Below are positions 1 to 13,545 of a DNA stretch of 48,424 nucleotides, one piece after another (position 1 is the first letter of the stretch; every line of letters begins with the position of its first letter). The DNA comes from Welwitschia mirabilis (taxonomy: Eukaryota), in contig JBOZIK010000001.1 in the NCBI GenBank assembly GCA_051453625.1, forward strand, positions 26,726,252 through 26,774,675, read 5' to 3'. Both the position numbers and the translations under genes were made by a program. The notes beneath the pieces are model-generated. The model made no database searches. It was not told the origin of the DNA and saw only the letters and a program-made list of their open reading frames with translations.

Positions 1-1339
1 GTCTAAAAGTAGTCAAGCATTAGAAAAATAGAAAAAAATTAGGAATAAAGTAAAGAGTAAAAAATTATCTTAAAAAACATGATCACGGTGAAAATAGACT
101 TATGGGAAAAGGATGTTAAGGAGAAAAGAATGAGACCATAATAATTCATTAAGTAGAAGGAAGCAATGCTCAAAAGAACTTCTCAAATGTGCTCAAACTT
201 AAGAAGTATGAATAAAGTAAGAAATTAAAACTCTAAAATATCATCATTACCTATTCAAAAGAGAAACAAGAAATCTTATGACTAGAAACGATGAGTAAAA
301 TCAATAAGAAATGATGAAATGATCTAGTCCATAATATTATTTTGAAAAAGTATGAAAATAACTTTGAAGAACCTAGTAAAATAGCTAAAGATAAACAAAA
401 TAAAAATAAACAACTAGATACATAAAGAAAATTGTTTACTTATCTTAAATTCTAACCTAACAAGTTCCCTTAGTAAAAATCATAAAATCACTTAATGAAA
501 AAATGCATGATAGTATGCAAAAAATTCATAAAGTACCATTCAAATAGGAACAATGTCAAATATGTCTAATATTAGTAAATAATGAATGATAAGATAAAAT
601 TTATTAAAACATGAACTCACTAGCTCACATATAAAAATAATACTAGAATCTAAAAAAGTAAAATGATCATGTGAAATTACTATATATAAAGAAGTCTAAA
701 AAATAAGTAATGCCTCTGATGACACTAGTAACATCACTGATCTCATAGCCTCTAAGTAAAATTTATTCTACCATGATGAGGGAAGTGCAACCACTGTTAA
801 AGGAGTAAGAACCCATACAGCATGGCCAACTGACTCCAATGGAGTTCCCACAACTACCATATCACATTGATAAAGACCCCTCTAGGGAAAATTTGCCTTG
901 GTGTGCTTGTGGTAGGACATCATGGTGATCATGTTTTTAGTTTAAATATGAAAGAACATGATCTTTATTTCTTCTCTTTCTTTTCTTATTTTTTTCTTTT
1001 TTTTTAAAAAACCACATGACCAAGTACTTGTAAGAATAAAAGTAATGTAATTATATGAGAAATAAGTAAGAACATGTAAAAACAACTATTCATACCATTA
1101 AAAGAGAATAAAAGAACCAAGGCATCTTCCTCTTGAATGAAGTTCATAGATATACAAATGTCTTAATATTAGGTGAATCTAATCTTATCATCTTAAAATG
1201 CTCAAGTAAAAGGTTACTAATCATGATGACTTCATAAAGTAATATATAAGTCAAGTTAAAGATATTCAAGTGATAGCATGATGTCTACCCAAGAAATGAG
1301 TTAAGCAGGAATTTAGACAACGACAAGAGGAAGGTCCTT

Positions 1340-4300
1340 CTTATTAATAGGATCTTCCAAGATAAGTGCTTCTATCATTTTTAAGGTTTCATCAGAAGAT
1401 AACTCATAGATTTTTAACCTTTATCCATTGAATTTTTAAATTTTCTTAGTGTTTGAATCAGAGATTTCAACTAGGCCATTAATATATACTTGTTCTATAA
1501 GATAACTTATTGTGTAAAAGATGTACTCAGGTATTGTATAAATGGACAAGTTGATTAGGTTCAAGTTGCTTATGGAGAATCTTTTTGTCATGTTTAAACT
1601 TGGCTTGAGCTTTATGGATGAGTTGATGATGTATAGTACAAGTACGTTTTTTATCTAAATGATCAAGTTGGGCTAACCGAGTTCTAAGATTTTCATCCAA
1701 GTCTATAAGATTAAGTTGATGAATGAATCGATAAGAACTATAGTAAACATCAACTGGCAAGACACAAACTTTTCTGTATACAAGCTCATGTGGTGATAAA
1801 TCTAGAAAGTTGTTCCAATTCATACAGTAAGCTTAAAGAACATCATTAAGTTTAGAGGACCACATTTTCATATTGATAGAGACTAATTTTTTGAGCATCT
1901 TTTTAATTTTTCTATTAGCATTTTTAGCTAAGCCATTAGTTTGGGGATGATAAGCACATGCAATTCTATGTTTAATGATAATATATAAAAGAAGTTTTTA
2001 AAAAAGATAATTAATAAAAGAAGTTTTTTAAAAAAGGTAATTAATGAAATGAGTTTCCTAATTGCTAATGATGATTCATGAAAAACAAAAAAATTGAAAG
2101 ATATGAGTTCAGACAAAATTTCAAATGATGCAGCATCACTTTTAGTAGTAGGAATAGCTTCGACCCACATATCAATATAATCAACAGCCATTAGGATATA
2201 ACTTTTGTAATGAAAAGGTGGTTTAATAGAGCCTATAAAGTCAATTCTCCAATAATCAAAAGGTTCACATTCAAGCATAGGTTTAAGGGGCATATCTTAA
2301 GAATGAGTTAGGCTACCATAATGTTGACATGCATTACACCTTCTAGTAAAGTTAAATGAGTCTTTAAAAAGTGTAGGCAATAAAATCTAGAGTGAAGAAT
2401 TTTTATGATAGTCTTTTAGCCACTAAAGTATTTACCACATATACTACCATGGTAAAGTTTAAGGATTTATAAGCTTTTCCACTTAGGCACACACTTACGC
2501 ATGATTTGGTCTTTGCATTGTCTATAAATATGGGGTTCATTCCATTCATAATCACCGATTCTATGGAGAAAAGGTTTGTATTGGTTATGGTTCCAATGCT
2601 GAGTTGTTTTTATAGTAACAAGGTAGTTCATAATATCAGCATAATAAGGAGAAAAATGAGTAGAAGAGATGGCATAAAGTTATTCTACAGCAAAGAGTTG
2701 CTCATTTAAAAAGGAATCATTTATGGAAAGTTCATCATGAGAACAAGAAAGTCGAGATAAGTGATCTGCAACGCTATTATGTTTCCCAGCTTTATTAATA
2801 ATGGTGAGATTAAATTCTTGCAAAAGAAGGATACACCAAATAAGTATGTCACTAAAATATTTCTTAGTCATAAGATAACATGTGGCTGCATGATCTATGT
2901 AAACATTAATGTGGAAGCCAAGAAGATAATATTAAAAATGATTAAGGAAAAATATAATGGCAAGCATTTTTCTCTCAGTAGTAGTGTAGTTAGATTGGAC
3001 TTTGGACAAAGTTTTACTAAGATAGGATATAAATTTAAAACCATTTCCTTTTTTTGGCCAAGAACCCCATCCACAAGAATGTTTCTTAATCACACATGAG
3101 TTTAAAATCTTTAGTTCAATCAGGATCGACAATAGATTTAGAAGAAATGTTTTNNNNNNNNNNNNNNNNNNNNNNNNNNNNNNNNNNNNNNNNNNNNNNN
3201 NNNNNNNNNNNNNNNNNNNNNNNNNNNNNNNNNNTACAAATTTTGGCATAATCATGAATAAAATAATGATAGAAACTAGAATGACCAAGAAATGATCTAA
3301 CTTATTTGACATTGATTGGAGGGCCAAGGTTTTTAATGATATCAAATTTTATAGGGTCCATCTTAATCCCTTCCTTTGAAATGTGATGACCTAAAATAAT
3401 TCCATATTTAACAAGAAGAAAACTCTTTTCTCAATGCAAATGTAGGTCACTCTTTATACATCGATNNNNNNNNNNNNNNNNNNNNNNNNNNNNNNNNNNN
3501 NNNNNNNNNNNNNNNNNNNNNNNNNNNNNNNNNNNNNNNNNNNNNNNNNNNNNNNNNNNNNNNNNNNNNNNNNNNNNNNNNNNNNNNNNNNNNNNNNNNN
3601 NNNNNNNNNNNNNNNNNNNNNNNNNNNNNNNNNNNNNNNNNNNNNNNNNNNNNNNNNNNNNNNNNNNNNNNNNNNNNNNNNNNNNNNNNNNNNNNNNNNN
3701 NNNNNNNNNNNNNNNNNNNNNNNNNNNNNNNNNNNNNNNNNNNNNNNNNNNNNNNNNNNNNNNNNNNNNNNNNNNNNNNNNNNNNNNNNNNNNNNNNNNN
3801 NNNNNNNNNNNNNNNNNNNNNNNNNNNNNNNNNNNNNNNNNNNNNNNNNNNNNNNNNNNNNNNNNNNNNNNNNNNNNNNNNNNNNNNNNNNNNNNNNNNN
3901 NNNNNNNNNNNNNNNNNNNNNNNNNNNNNNNNNNNNNNNNNNNNNNNNNNNNNNNNNNNNNNNNNNNNNNNNNNNNNNNNNNNNNNNNNNNNNNNNNNNN
4001 NNNNNNNNNNNNNNNNNNNNNNNNNNNNNNNNNNNNNNNNNNNNNNNNNNNNNNNNNNNNNNNNNNNNNNNNNNNNNNNNNNNNNNNNNNNNNNNNNNNN
4101 NNNNNNNNNNNNNNNNNNNNNNNNNNNNNNNNNNNNNNNNNNNNNNNNNNNNNNNNNNNNNNNNNNNNNNNNNNNNNNNNNNNNNTTTGGAATTACTATC
4201 AATGGGCTAACCCACTCACTATCAGATATAGCATATATGATTTTGACATTTATAAGTTTAATAATTTCATCTTTAACTATTTGCTTAATGGCTGGGTTGA

Positions 4301-7300
4301 TCCTTCATTGGGGTTGCCTAATAGGTTTAGCATTATCCTCAAGGTAAATTTTGTATTAGACTATGAAAAGAGAAATGGAAGCTAAGTCTTTATGGGTGCA
4401 AGTAAAGGCATCTTCTTTAGAGGTTAANNNNNNNNNNNNNNNNNNNNNNNNNNNNNNNNNNNNNNNNNNNNNNNNNNNNNNNNNNNNNNNNNNNNNNNNN
4501 NNNNNNNNNNNNNNNNNNNNNNNNNNNNNNNNNNNNNNNNNNNNNNNNNNNNNNNNNNNNNNNNNNNNNNNNNNNNNNNNNNNNNNNNNNNNNNNNNNNN
4601 NNNNNNNNNNNNNNNNNNNNNNNNNNNNNNNNNNNNNNNNTTTTTATTGGAAGATTCCTCATTCTCATACTCAAAATAATGTGTTTCAGTTGGATCATCA
4701 TATAAAGTTTTGGTTCTTGTAGCATTATCAATCTCTCTTTAATTGGCTAATGTTGAAAAAAAAAAAGGTTGGTTTAAGTTCTTCTTCTAAGTTAAACTCA
4801 TCTGCCTTTTTAGCAGCATCAAAGACTCGAATGATAAACTTTTTATTTCCTATATGACATTCCATCATTCCAGTTTGTGTGTTAATGATACAATGGGCAG
4901 ATGCACCGAAGGCTCTTCCCAAGAGTAGTGAATAACCTCCATCATGTTTTACCTTAATGATCAATACATCTATGGGGTAAAAACCTTCCTCAATTTCGAT
5001 GACTAGGTTCTTGATAATCCCTAATGATTTCTTAATTAAAGTATCAACTAATTTTAACATAGTTCATATAGGTTCTATTCTGTTTTCTAATCCAAGTCTT
5101 TTACATTGTAAAGATGCATGATATTGACCCTAGATCCTATGTCAATTAAATCTTTTCAAATTATTTTATTTCTTTCAAAGGTAATACTTACAGTTGCTAC
5201 TCTAGGGTATTTGAATTTATGACACTTTTTCATAACTCAGTTGGAAATAGATTGAGTAAGAGAACTTTACTAGAAATAGTACATTTTTATTTTCATCTTA
5301 CTAGGTCTTTCCACAACTTAGAATATTTAATTTTTTTTGTAAGAGTTTTCAAAAAGGTAAATTGATGTTTACCTCTTACATCAAGGTCTTTAAGTATTCA
5401 TTAAAGGTAGGATTCATGTTTAACCTATCAAGCTAAGGAGTAGATGATTTCTTCCCTTTATTTTCTTATAAATAATTTTTAGTGGAGGTTTTAGCATGTG
5501 ATGTTGATGGAAAGTTATATGAATCTAAAATTTCTACATCATCTTATTCAATACTTTTTTCATCATTCTTAGAAATTGAAACCTCATGAGTAGAAGTTGT
5601 TATATCATTTTTACTTCTTATTACTACCTTCAGATCTCTCCTAACTTCATTTGGATTGGGTAAAGGTTGAGATGCATAAGACCCTTGTGGTATTTGATTG
5701 TTAAGCATTGTTTGTTGAAGCACATTCACTAAGTTTTCAATGTTACTATTAGTCTTTTCAAGATTACTATTGGCATTTTCTTACACCTTTTTTAATTCTT
5801 CTATGGAATCTTTAAGTGAATCATTTTGATTTGATTGAAAATTAAGGTTATTTGGTTAAAAGTTTGAATTCCTGAATCTATTCTCAAAAGGCTTCCATTG
5901 TTATTGTCCACTTAATCTTTGTTGAAATTGTGGTTNNNNNNNNNNNNNNNNNNNNNNNNNNNNNNNNNNNNNNNNNNNNNNNNNNNNNNNNNNNNNNNNN
6001 NNNNNNNNNNNNNNNNNNNNNNNNNNNNNNNNNNNNNNNNNNNNNNNNNNNNNNNNNNNNNNNNNNNNNNNNNNNNNNNNNNNNNNNNNNNNNNNNNNNN
6101 NNNNNNNNNNNNNNNNNNNNNNNNNNNNNNNNNNNNNNNNNNNNNNNNNNNNNNNNNNNNNNNNNNNNNNNNNNNNNNNNNNNNNNNNNNNNNNNNNNNN
6201 NNNNNNNNNNNNNNNNNNNNNNNNNNNNNNNNNNNNNNNNNNNNNNNNNNNNNNNNNNNNNNNNNNNNNNNNNNNNNNNNNNNNNNNNNNNNNNNNNNNN
6301 NNNNNNNNNNNNNNNNNNNNNNNNNNNNNNNNNNNNNNNNNNNNNNNNNNNNNNNNNNNNNNNNNNNNNNNNNNNNNNNNNNNNNNNNNNNNNNNNNNNN
6401 NNNNNNNNNNNNNNNNNNNNNNNNNNNNNNNNNNNNNNNNNNNNNNNNNNNNNNNNNNNNNNNNNNNNNNNNNNNNNNNNNNTATTTGTTAAAGTTGTGG
6501 TTGACTTTTAAAGTTAGGTGTTCTTTGGTTAAATGCACAAACTTCCTCAAACATCCTCTATTTACAAGTTGGTAACAAAGGATACTCTTTAGTTGGATGA
6601 GAGTTTCCTTCACAAATTTCACAAGTTAAAGTTATGTTTTAATTTTTTACTACCTTTGCATCAACTATTACTTAAGTGTACTTCTCTAAAGTGGTAGTAA
6701 AATACTTAATTAAGTTAGTTGAATTACCTTTCTCTCATTCTTTGTCATGCTTTACTTCTTTTAAATNNNNNNNNNNNNNNNNNNNNNNNNNNNNNNNNNN
6801 NNNNNNNNNNNNNNNNNNNNNNNNNNNNNNNNNNNNNNNNNNNNNNNNNNNNNNNNNNNNNNNNNNAGTGGTAGTAAAATACTTAATTAAGTTAGTTGAA
6901 TTACCTTTCTCTCATTCTTTGTCATGCTTTACTTCTTTTAAATATTTTATAAATTAGCCTACAGTTTGATTTTCCTTAGTGGGTTTAGGCCAAGTTTTAC
7001 TTATCTCTACTAGGTTTTCCAATACACTCCATGCATCTTCTAAGACTAGGTTCAATAGGTTGCCATTATAAGAAAAGTCTACAAGTTATTTAGTTTAACT
7101 ATTCAATCCAGTGTAGAAATAATCGATTAATTCTTCTTTATGGAATTTATTAATATGGTTGAAATGGCTAGCTATGATCAAACCTTGATATGTTATGGCA
7201 TAATCCTCATGAGATTGTTGTTAAAAGTTTGTAACTTTCTTACTTCTTTTTCTCATGGACTTTTCACTCAAAAATCTTTTGATAAAAACTTCTTGCACTT

Positions 7301-7640
7301 AACTTCATAATTTAAGACTCTTATGTAGAATGGTTTTAAGCTAAAGTTTTACCCTTCCTTTAAGTTTAACTAGAAAAATAATCACATAAGTACAATCACT
7401 AATATGTTTCTTTCCATTTTCTGAGGTAAGCATAAGCTGTTCAGTATCAGCTAGATGTTGGAAAGGGTCTTCCTTAGATTCCCTCAAAAAAGTTAAATAT
7501 GCACTCAAATTTCTTAATTCTACATCATTACCAAGAGATAAATTGAAGGTATTTTGGATTTTACATTTTCTATTAGCGATTAAATCTCTAAGGGTAACAT
7601 TTGCATTCGAAGTAAAAGTTCCTATTATGAGTGGCATATT
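1340..7640 (-). pseudogene. Athila gag-pol pseudogene
   Basis: Protease DLIDIGSRVNIM (~5118-5152). RT IRQPQ*RINP...DSEWVSPLIVIPK (~4186-4323) and ILGHHISKEGIKMD (~3360-3400). RNase H SKTLSKVQSNYTTTERKMLAIIF and LLLQEFNLTIINKAGKHNSVADHLSRL (2680-3050). Integrase EPFDYWRIDFIG...YILMAVDYIDMWVEAIPT (2130-2290), SPHELVYRKVCVLPV, and C-terminal FNG*RLKIY (~1410-1435). Confidence 0.92.
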
Positions 7641-8312
7641 AGATGAAGCAACTTGCTTTTTTTTTGTGACAATTTCAATATATTTGAAGAAGAAATAACA
7701 TGATGTACTTCAATAATTCAATTTTATTTTGCAAAATCTGATTCTAAAATAATAAAAGCAGAAAAATATTCTTTTTCAATTCTTGAAATTTGTGTACTTG
7801 GGTTGTGTGTACCTAGATTTTTCAATCAAGTTCTGCTCTTTCTGATATTTGTCTTTATACTAGAATTCACCATGTCCCTGTATACTTAGACAGCAAATAA
7901 TAAACTAAAATAAAAAATAACTGACTATCATCCACCTAGTCGTGGGGATGATAAGAGGAACGACGATCATAAAAACCTAAACCCGGATAAAAATTGTCAA
8001 AAGTGAAAAAACGAGATTGTCATCCAGGCTGTTATGGAAATGATAAAGAAGATGATAGTATCTTTATGACTGATCTATTAAAAAAAGAAAATTTATTGAC
8101 AATAAAATAAATTTGAAAATTCAAAACTGTTATTCCCAATATCATTGGGACAATAGAGGATGACAGTGATTTTTAAAACCACAAAAAATAAAAATTACTA
8201 AACTAAATGTACTAAACTGTACTAAAAATATAGTACTATTTCAAATAAATAACCTGAATAGAAATTCAAGGAATTATCTAGATAGTAATAATTCTCTAGC
8301 TCCTTGTGGCCT

Positions 8313-8330
8313 TCCCCAGTAATAGTGCCA
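8313..8330 (-). promoter_or_regulatory. Primer-binding site of the Athila element (decayed)
   Basis: The minus strand reads ...AACA TTT TGGCACTATTACTGGGGA. It differs from the typical Athila PBS TGGCGCCGTTGCCGGGGA only by five transitions. Confidence 0.8.
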
Positions 8331-8333
8331 AAA

Positions 8334-9613
8334 TGTTAAGGTGTGAATTTATGCAATCTTTAAGTCCTTAGGTAAAACCTGTGAATCATAATACTTATAG
8401 AAAATACACACTCGTAGAAATGGGAGTTAGCCTAAATGTCAAAATCTGTTAAAGGCAATATGCTAGAAGTTAGAGAATTAATTTTACAAAGTATTTTTAA
8501 TCTTTTCTATTTAGTAAATAAAAGTAAACAAGAATGTAAATGCAATGTAAGATGAAAAATGGTGAAAATATAATATATGGAATTTAAGTGAGATGAATTC
8601 TATTTGAACTATAATCCTCTAATTCTTTATAACTTAGATTAACTAAGAAGAGTTATATGACTTATTCCTAGCCAACATAAACTATAATAATTACCAAATA
8701 GAATATAAATAATGCAATATGAAATTGAAATGAAATAACAATGAAAATCTAAACTAACAAATTTAACTTTAATAAAGGTTATCTTTATGATCTAAATAAA
8801 CTATAAATTATCACTAAACTATAATAAACTTAACCATAAGGAACATTTACACAATTATAGTAAAAAGAGTAATTGAATTAATCATAAGCTTTTACATCCA
8901 CTTATAACAAAGTATCAACACTTCTATGAAGGATACTCAGCCCAACACCAAGGTAAACTTTTCTCTGTAGTTATTGGATGGATCTCTTATTCTTCAATCT
9001 TCCATCACAAGAACATTGCATAAAAAAGATCAAAAAGGAAGTGAATAAAATGAAGGGTATTTATAGTTTTACATTGAAGTTCTAGAAGCTCAACCTAAGA
9101 GTTGGAGAAGAAACCCTAGCAGCCCAAATGGATCTCATGACCCCATTACAAAGATAATTCTTTCTATTCTTTCTGTCCATAAAAAATAGCTATCATCCTG
9201 ACTGTCATGGAAATGACAATGGGGATGTCACTTCACGTTAAAATATGGTCCATTAGCTTCAGGCCTTGTAGTCAACTCCACAGGATCCATCCATGTCAGA
9301 GTGTTGTCATCCTATCTGTCGGGGGGATGACAAAGGGAATGACATGCTTCTTCATCTTCTATCTCAAAGAGAAATCAATCTTCTACATGGTAAATTATTT
9401 TTTCAAAGTATGAAGTATTAGAATAAGTCTAAGATACATCCAAATATGCTAAGAATCACATGTTTCAGTGATCATCCTATTAGTTCTTCATAATCATCAG
9501 AATTGCATCCAAACCTATATAAATGTCCTGCAAAAGCACTTAAAATACACCATCAAGTTCCTATAAATTGACATCACAATAATGACTTAATGATGTTTTA
9601 TTATTATCTATCA
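8334..9613 (-). repeat. 5' LTR of the Athila element (~1.28 kb)
   Basis: Ends in CA three nt before the PBS on the minus strand. Probable start TGATAG at 9613. The outer boundary cannot be confirmed because the 3' LTR is outside the window. Confidence 0.65.
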
Positions 9614-9860
9614 GTTGTTGAATTCTTTTTGTATTTAGTGTAACTTATGATTTGACATGTATTTAGTAATTCAATATATTAACACTGCTTCTTATTTACT
9701 ATCCTGTAATGATTATCAATGTTTTTTTTAAATGATTATATTATTTAAAATTTTTTAAAATGCCTCATGTAATACACTATGTCTCATCTTAGATTAACAT
9801 ATTTTAAGTACATTTAAACATGATTACACTCATGATATTTATCAAGTTTTAAAAATCATT

Positions 9861-11250
9861 AAAAAGGGGGAGATTATTGGTAAAATCCTAGTTTTAATAA
9901 TTCCAGTTATCAAATATGATATACATAATGTGTAGATAAGATATTGGAGAACACCCAAGTTGTATATAGGGATCAAGTTAGTTAAACTCAAAGCTCAAAG
10001 TTCACATATGATTTAGCTCAAAGTTCATGAAGGACAAACAAAATTAATTGAAGATATTTGCATATTTAGAGAAATTTACTATCTTGAAGATGTCTAGGAT
10101 AAATATAAATCCAATAGAGGTGAAAGATGTCTATCTTGACAAAAACATCTATGCTAAACCAAGAAGAGATGACAAGTAAATGCCTCTTAAAAATTAAAGA
10201 CATCTATATTACTTTAACTTTTGGAAAACATCTTCTAAATTAAAGACTCTAAGCTAAACTAAAAGAGGTGATAGAAGTTAATTATGCCATGATGAATTAT
10301 TTACATTCTAGAGGACCAAAAAAGATTTACATGATGAATTTCTAAGGGTCAGAAATATAGTAGTTTAAGGATTATTTAAATATGGATAGTTTAACCAAAG
10401 ATGTTTGTTAGGATGAAGATGCTTACCTGATAGAGACGTCTACTACAATGAAGGCATCTATTATAGTGAAGACGTCTATCCCAAAAAATTAACAAAAAAT
10501 AAAATAGTCATTGTATAATCAAATCTTAATCATTTATAATCATTGCATAACATTTAAATGATTTCAAATAGCTATCCCACTAGAGTAAATGCTAAGAAGT
10601 CCTTTCAAGAATAAAAGGCAAAAAGTATGAAGAGGAAAGGATTACTCATTTTCATGATTGGCACTATCTATGAATAATTTTGTATCCTTAATGAAGAAAA
10701 CCATTTACTGAAGATATTGCTTGATCTTTAACTCTCCCATCATTGCAAACTCTAATCTTGGATATTCATGGGTGAATTATCAAGCAAAAAATAATCTTTC
10801 ACCAAATTTATGTCCTTAGGCTTGTTGTTCATTCTTTAAATTATTCATTAGCACTTCAATATAATACTATTAGATTATTGAGTTCATTATTTCTAGTCCA
10901 TAAAATATAATTATCTTATTTACTAGGATACCACTTAAGGTTTTCAAAATATAAGGTAATCCTTATACAAACGTGTTTCTTTAGGTGCTTAAGAGCATAA
11001 CTCGTATTCGATCCATTGCAATCCCTAAGGGGAAGAGAGTGTTACTTTACAAGGAGCATCTCATTTGTATGTAAGATTGGTGGTGCTTCAAAACCACTAT
11101 TTTTATATCTCAAGGATATCTAGAGGTATGAAGGAAAGCTACCCTCTGTGTGTAAATGTACCCACATTAGGAAACCATGTTAAATTAATAAGTTCTCTAT
11201 TGTGCATTTCATTTGGTAAAACTCATTTATCCCTCTCCTATAAGTTCAAT
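9861..11250 (+). mobile_element. Sirevirus (SIRE/Maximus Copia)-like PPT plus decayed 3' LTR
   Basis: AAAAAGGGGGAGAT followed by TATTGG (decayed TGTTGG) at 9861-9880. About ten decayed AGACGTCT palindromes at 10085-10480. ATTTATCCCTCTCCT near 11225 resembles the ATTCACCCCCCTCT LTR-end motif. Right boundary approximate. Confidence 0.6.
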
Positions 11251-13163
11251 GATCCTTGTTAATTTCTTATTTTCTCATTTTAGTGCATAGAAAAAATTCT
11301 TGTAGTAGCTATAATTATTAAGACACATTATGTTAGGTTATTTTCATATTTTGTTTTAGTAGTGCATGTTAAAGTAACACCCATAATTCTAATGTTCCAT
11401 TTTCTTTTATTAGTGGTTAACGTGTATCCATTATGGTAAACATTCATANNNNNNNNNNNNNNNNNNNNNNNNNNNNNNNNNNNNNNNNNNNNNNNNNNNN
11501 NNNNNNNNNNNNNNNNNNNNNNNNNNNNNNNNNNNNNNNNNNNNNNNNNNNNNNNNNNNNNNNNNNNNNNNNNNNNNNNNNNNNNNNNNNNNNNNNNNNN
11601 NNNNNNNNNNNNNNNNNNNNNNNNNNNNNNNNNNNNNNNNNNNNNNNNNNNNNNNNNNNNNNNNNNNNNNNNNNNNNNNNNNNNNNNNNNNNNNNNNNNN
11701 NNNNNNNNNNNNNNNNNNNNNNNNNNNNNNNNNNNNNNNNNNNNNNNNNNNNNNNNNNNNNNNNNNNNNNNNNNNNNNNNNNNNNNNNNNNNNNNNNNNN
11801 NNNNNNNNNNNNNNNNNNNNNNNNNNNNNNNNNNNNNNNNNNNNNNNNNNNNNNNNNNNNNNNNNNNNNNNNNNNNNNNNNNNNNNNNNNNNNNNNNNNN
11901 NNNNNNNNNNNNNNNNNNNNNNNNNNNNNNNNNNNNNNNNNNNNNNNNNNNNNNNNNNNNNNNNNNNNNNNNNNNNNNNNNNNNNNNNNNNNNNNNNNAT
12001 GTGGTAAAATCTTATCTTAATGTTTCTATTAAAATTACTTGATAAATGTTTCATGTTGTCTCTTTTTCTTAATAATTACAAGTATTGACATGTTTTTAGA
12101 ATTTAGCTTTTTCCTTTGAATGTTGTATTCGAGTAAATACTATTAATCTCTATATATTATAAAAATAGTAAGATGCCATATAACTGGGCTTTATCTTTCT
12201 TATATTTATCTTACAAAATCACAAGAACTTTTGAATTACATAGCTTACACATTAATGATGGAGGCATCTTTTTCATAGCTATTACTTACTTATTATTGGC
12301 AAAATATTTTTGGCATCTTAAGTATTTACTATTATTATGATGAAATATTAAAGTGACCAGGTAAAGTAATGATTAGGGGTTAGGGAATCATAACCATATT
12401 TCAAGAAGAGTAATGGCTTATATGTATCCCTTGAAATTCTCAATAACTTTTGAATTCCTCCTTCTTATTCTAAATATGACTCCCTTCCTTTATTCTTATT
12501 ATTTAAAATATCTTTTATACTTAGATTTTAGTGATCTTGTACCTTAAACTTTTGGAAATTTTAGTTCTTTGGAATCTTTGAGACTTTGAAGCTTGACCGT
12601 GATAATCTTCAAGCTTGAAAAACTTCATATCGAATCATGGGTATGATCCTAGAATATTCTATTTTTCTTGTATAATGTAAGGTATTTCTTGAATCTTCTA
12701 TGGCCAAACCATTTACTTATAGTTATTGAGAATCTTATATGCTTTTATTTATGGATTTGTCAAATTCTTTCTCTCTTATTTTATGACCCACTATTTCTTT
12801 TAAATGATCTCCATGCTTTTTATCCATTTGCATAGCCTATAATGCTTGTTAATTTACTTGTGTGGTCCTAAGTATTTCTTGAATCTCCTATATGATCTTA
12901 AGTACTTAAATTCTTATTATGATCCAAATATACTCTTGTTTTTCTACTAAGTCATATGTTTTCTTGGAATTCTTGTAAATTTCTAAAATTTCTTTCTTAT
13001 TTCTAATGGTTTGAAATCTTTTTGTGAGTATCTGCTAAATGTTCAAAGATTATACTTATATGAATCTTATTTCTTGTAAAAATTATTAATGCTTAAGAAG
13101 TAAATCTTGTCCTTTCCTGAGATATCGATAAAACTTCAAATTTTTTTTATAGAAATGAGAGTT

Positions 13164-13545
13164 CCGTAGATCACCAATTAAAACAATGGAATATAGAAAA
13201 CCATAGATCGTCAAATGAGGTAATGGGTTTTATAAATTCACAAAGCACTAAATGAGGCAGTGAAAAGATAAAAAGAATCATATATTGTCAAATGAGGTAA
13301 GAGTAAAATAAATTAAAACCATAAATCATTGAATCAAATAGTAAAAATGATGATCCGTAAATCATTGAATGAGGTAGTGGATAAATAAAAACCATAGATT
13401 ACCAAATGAGATGTGATAANNNNNNNNNNNNNNNNNNNNNNNNNNNNNNNNNNNNNNNNNNNNNNNNNNNNNNNNNNNNNNNNNNNNNNNNNNNNNNNNN
13501 NNNNNNNNNNNNNNNNNNNTAGATTACGAAATGAGATGTGATAAA
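13164..13545 (+). repeat. Degenerate short-motif array (~40-bp spacing), core like CATAGATCGTCAAATGAGGTA
   Basis: Variants near 13166, 13202, 13240, 13279, 13320, 13356 and 13393, and after the gap at 13520 (that last copy may be a gap-overlap artefact). Confidence 0.65.

Larger units (their letters stand above)
1..9613 (-). mobile_element. Decayed Ty3/Gypsy LTR retrotransposon, Athila lineage (5' LTR, PBS, gag-PR-RT-RH-INT, 3' non-coding region running off the window start)
   Basis: Minus-strand domain order gag, protease, RT, RNase H, integrase is the Gypsy order. No chromodomain is visible after the integrase. The PBS resembles the Athila tRNA-Asp type. Many stops, frameshifts and N gaps. 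Confidence 0.9.

Noticed and set aside
700..930. Athila env-like ORF remnant on the minus strand
   Set aside because: Slightly GC-richer with an ATG, but it hits a stop after 12 codons and has no recognisable motif.
3447..4202. Long ORFs made mostly of X (also 5912-6622, 11431-12054, 38188-38856)
   Set aside because: Artefacts of translating N gaps.
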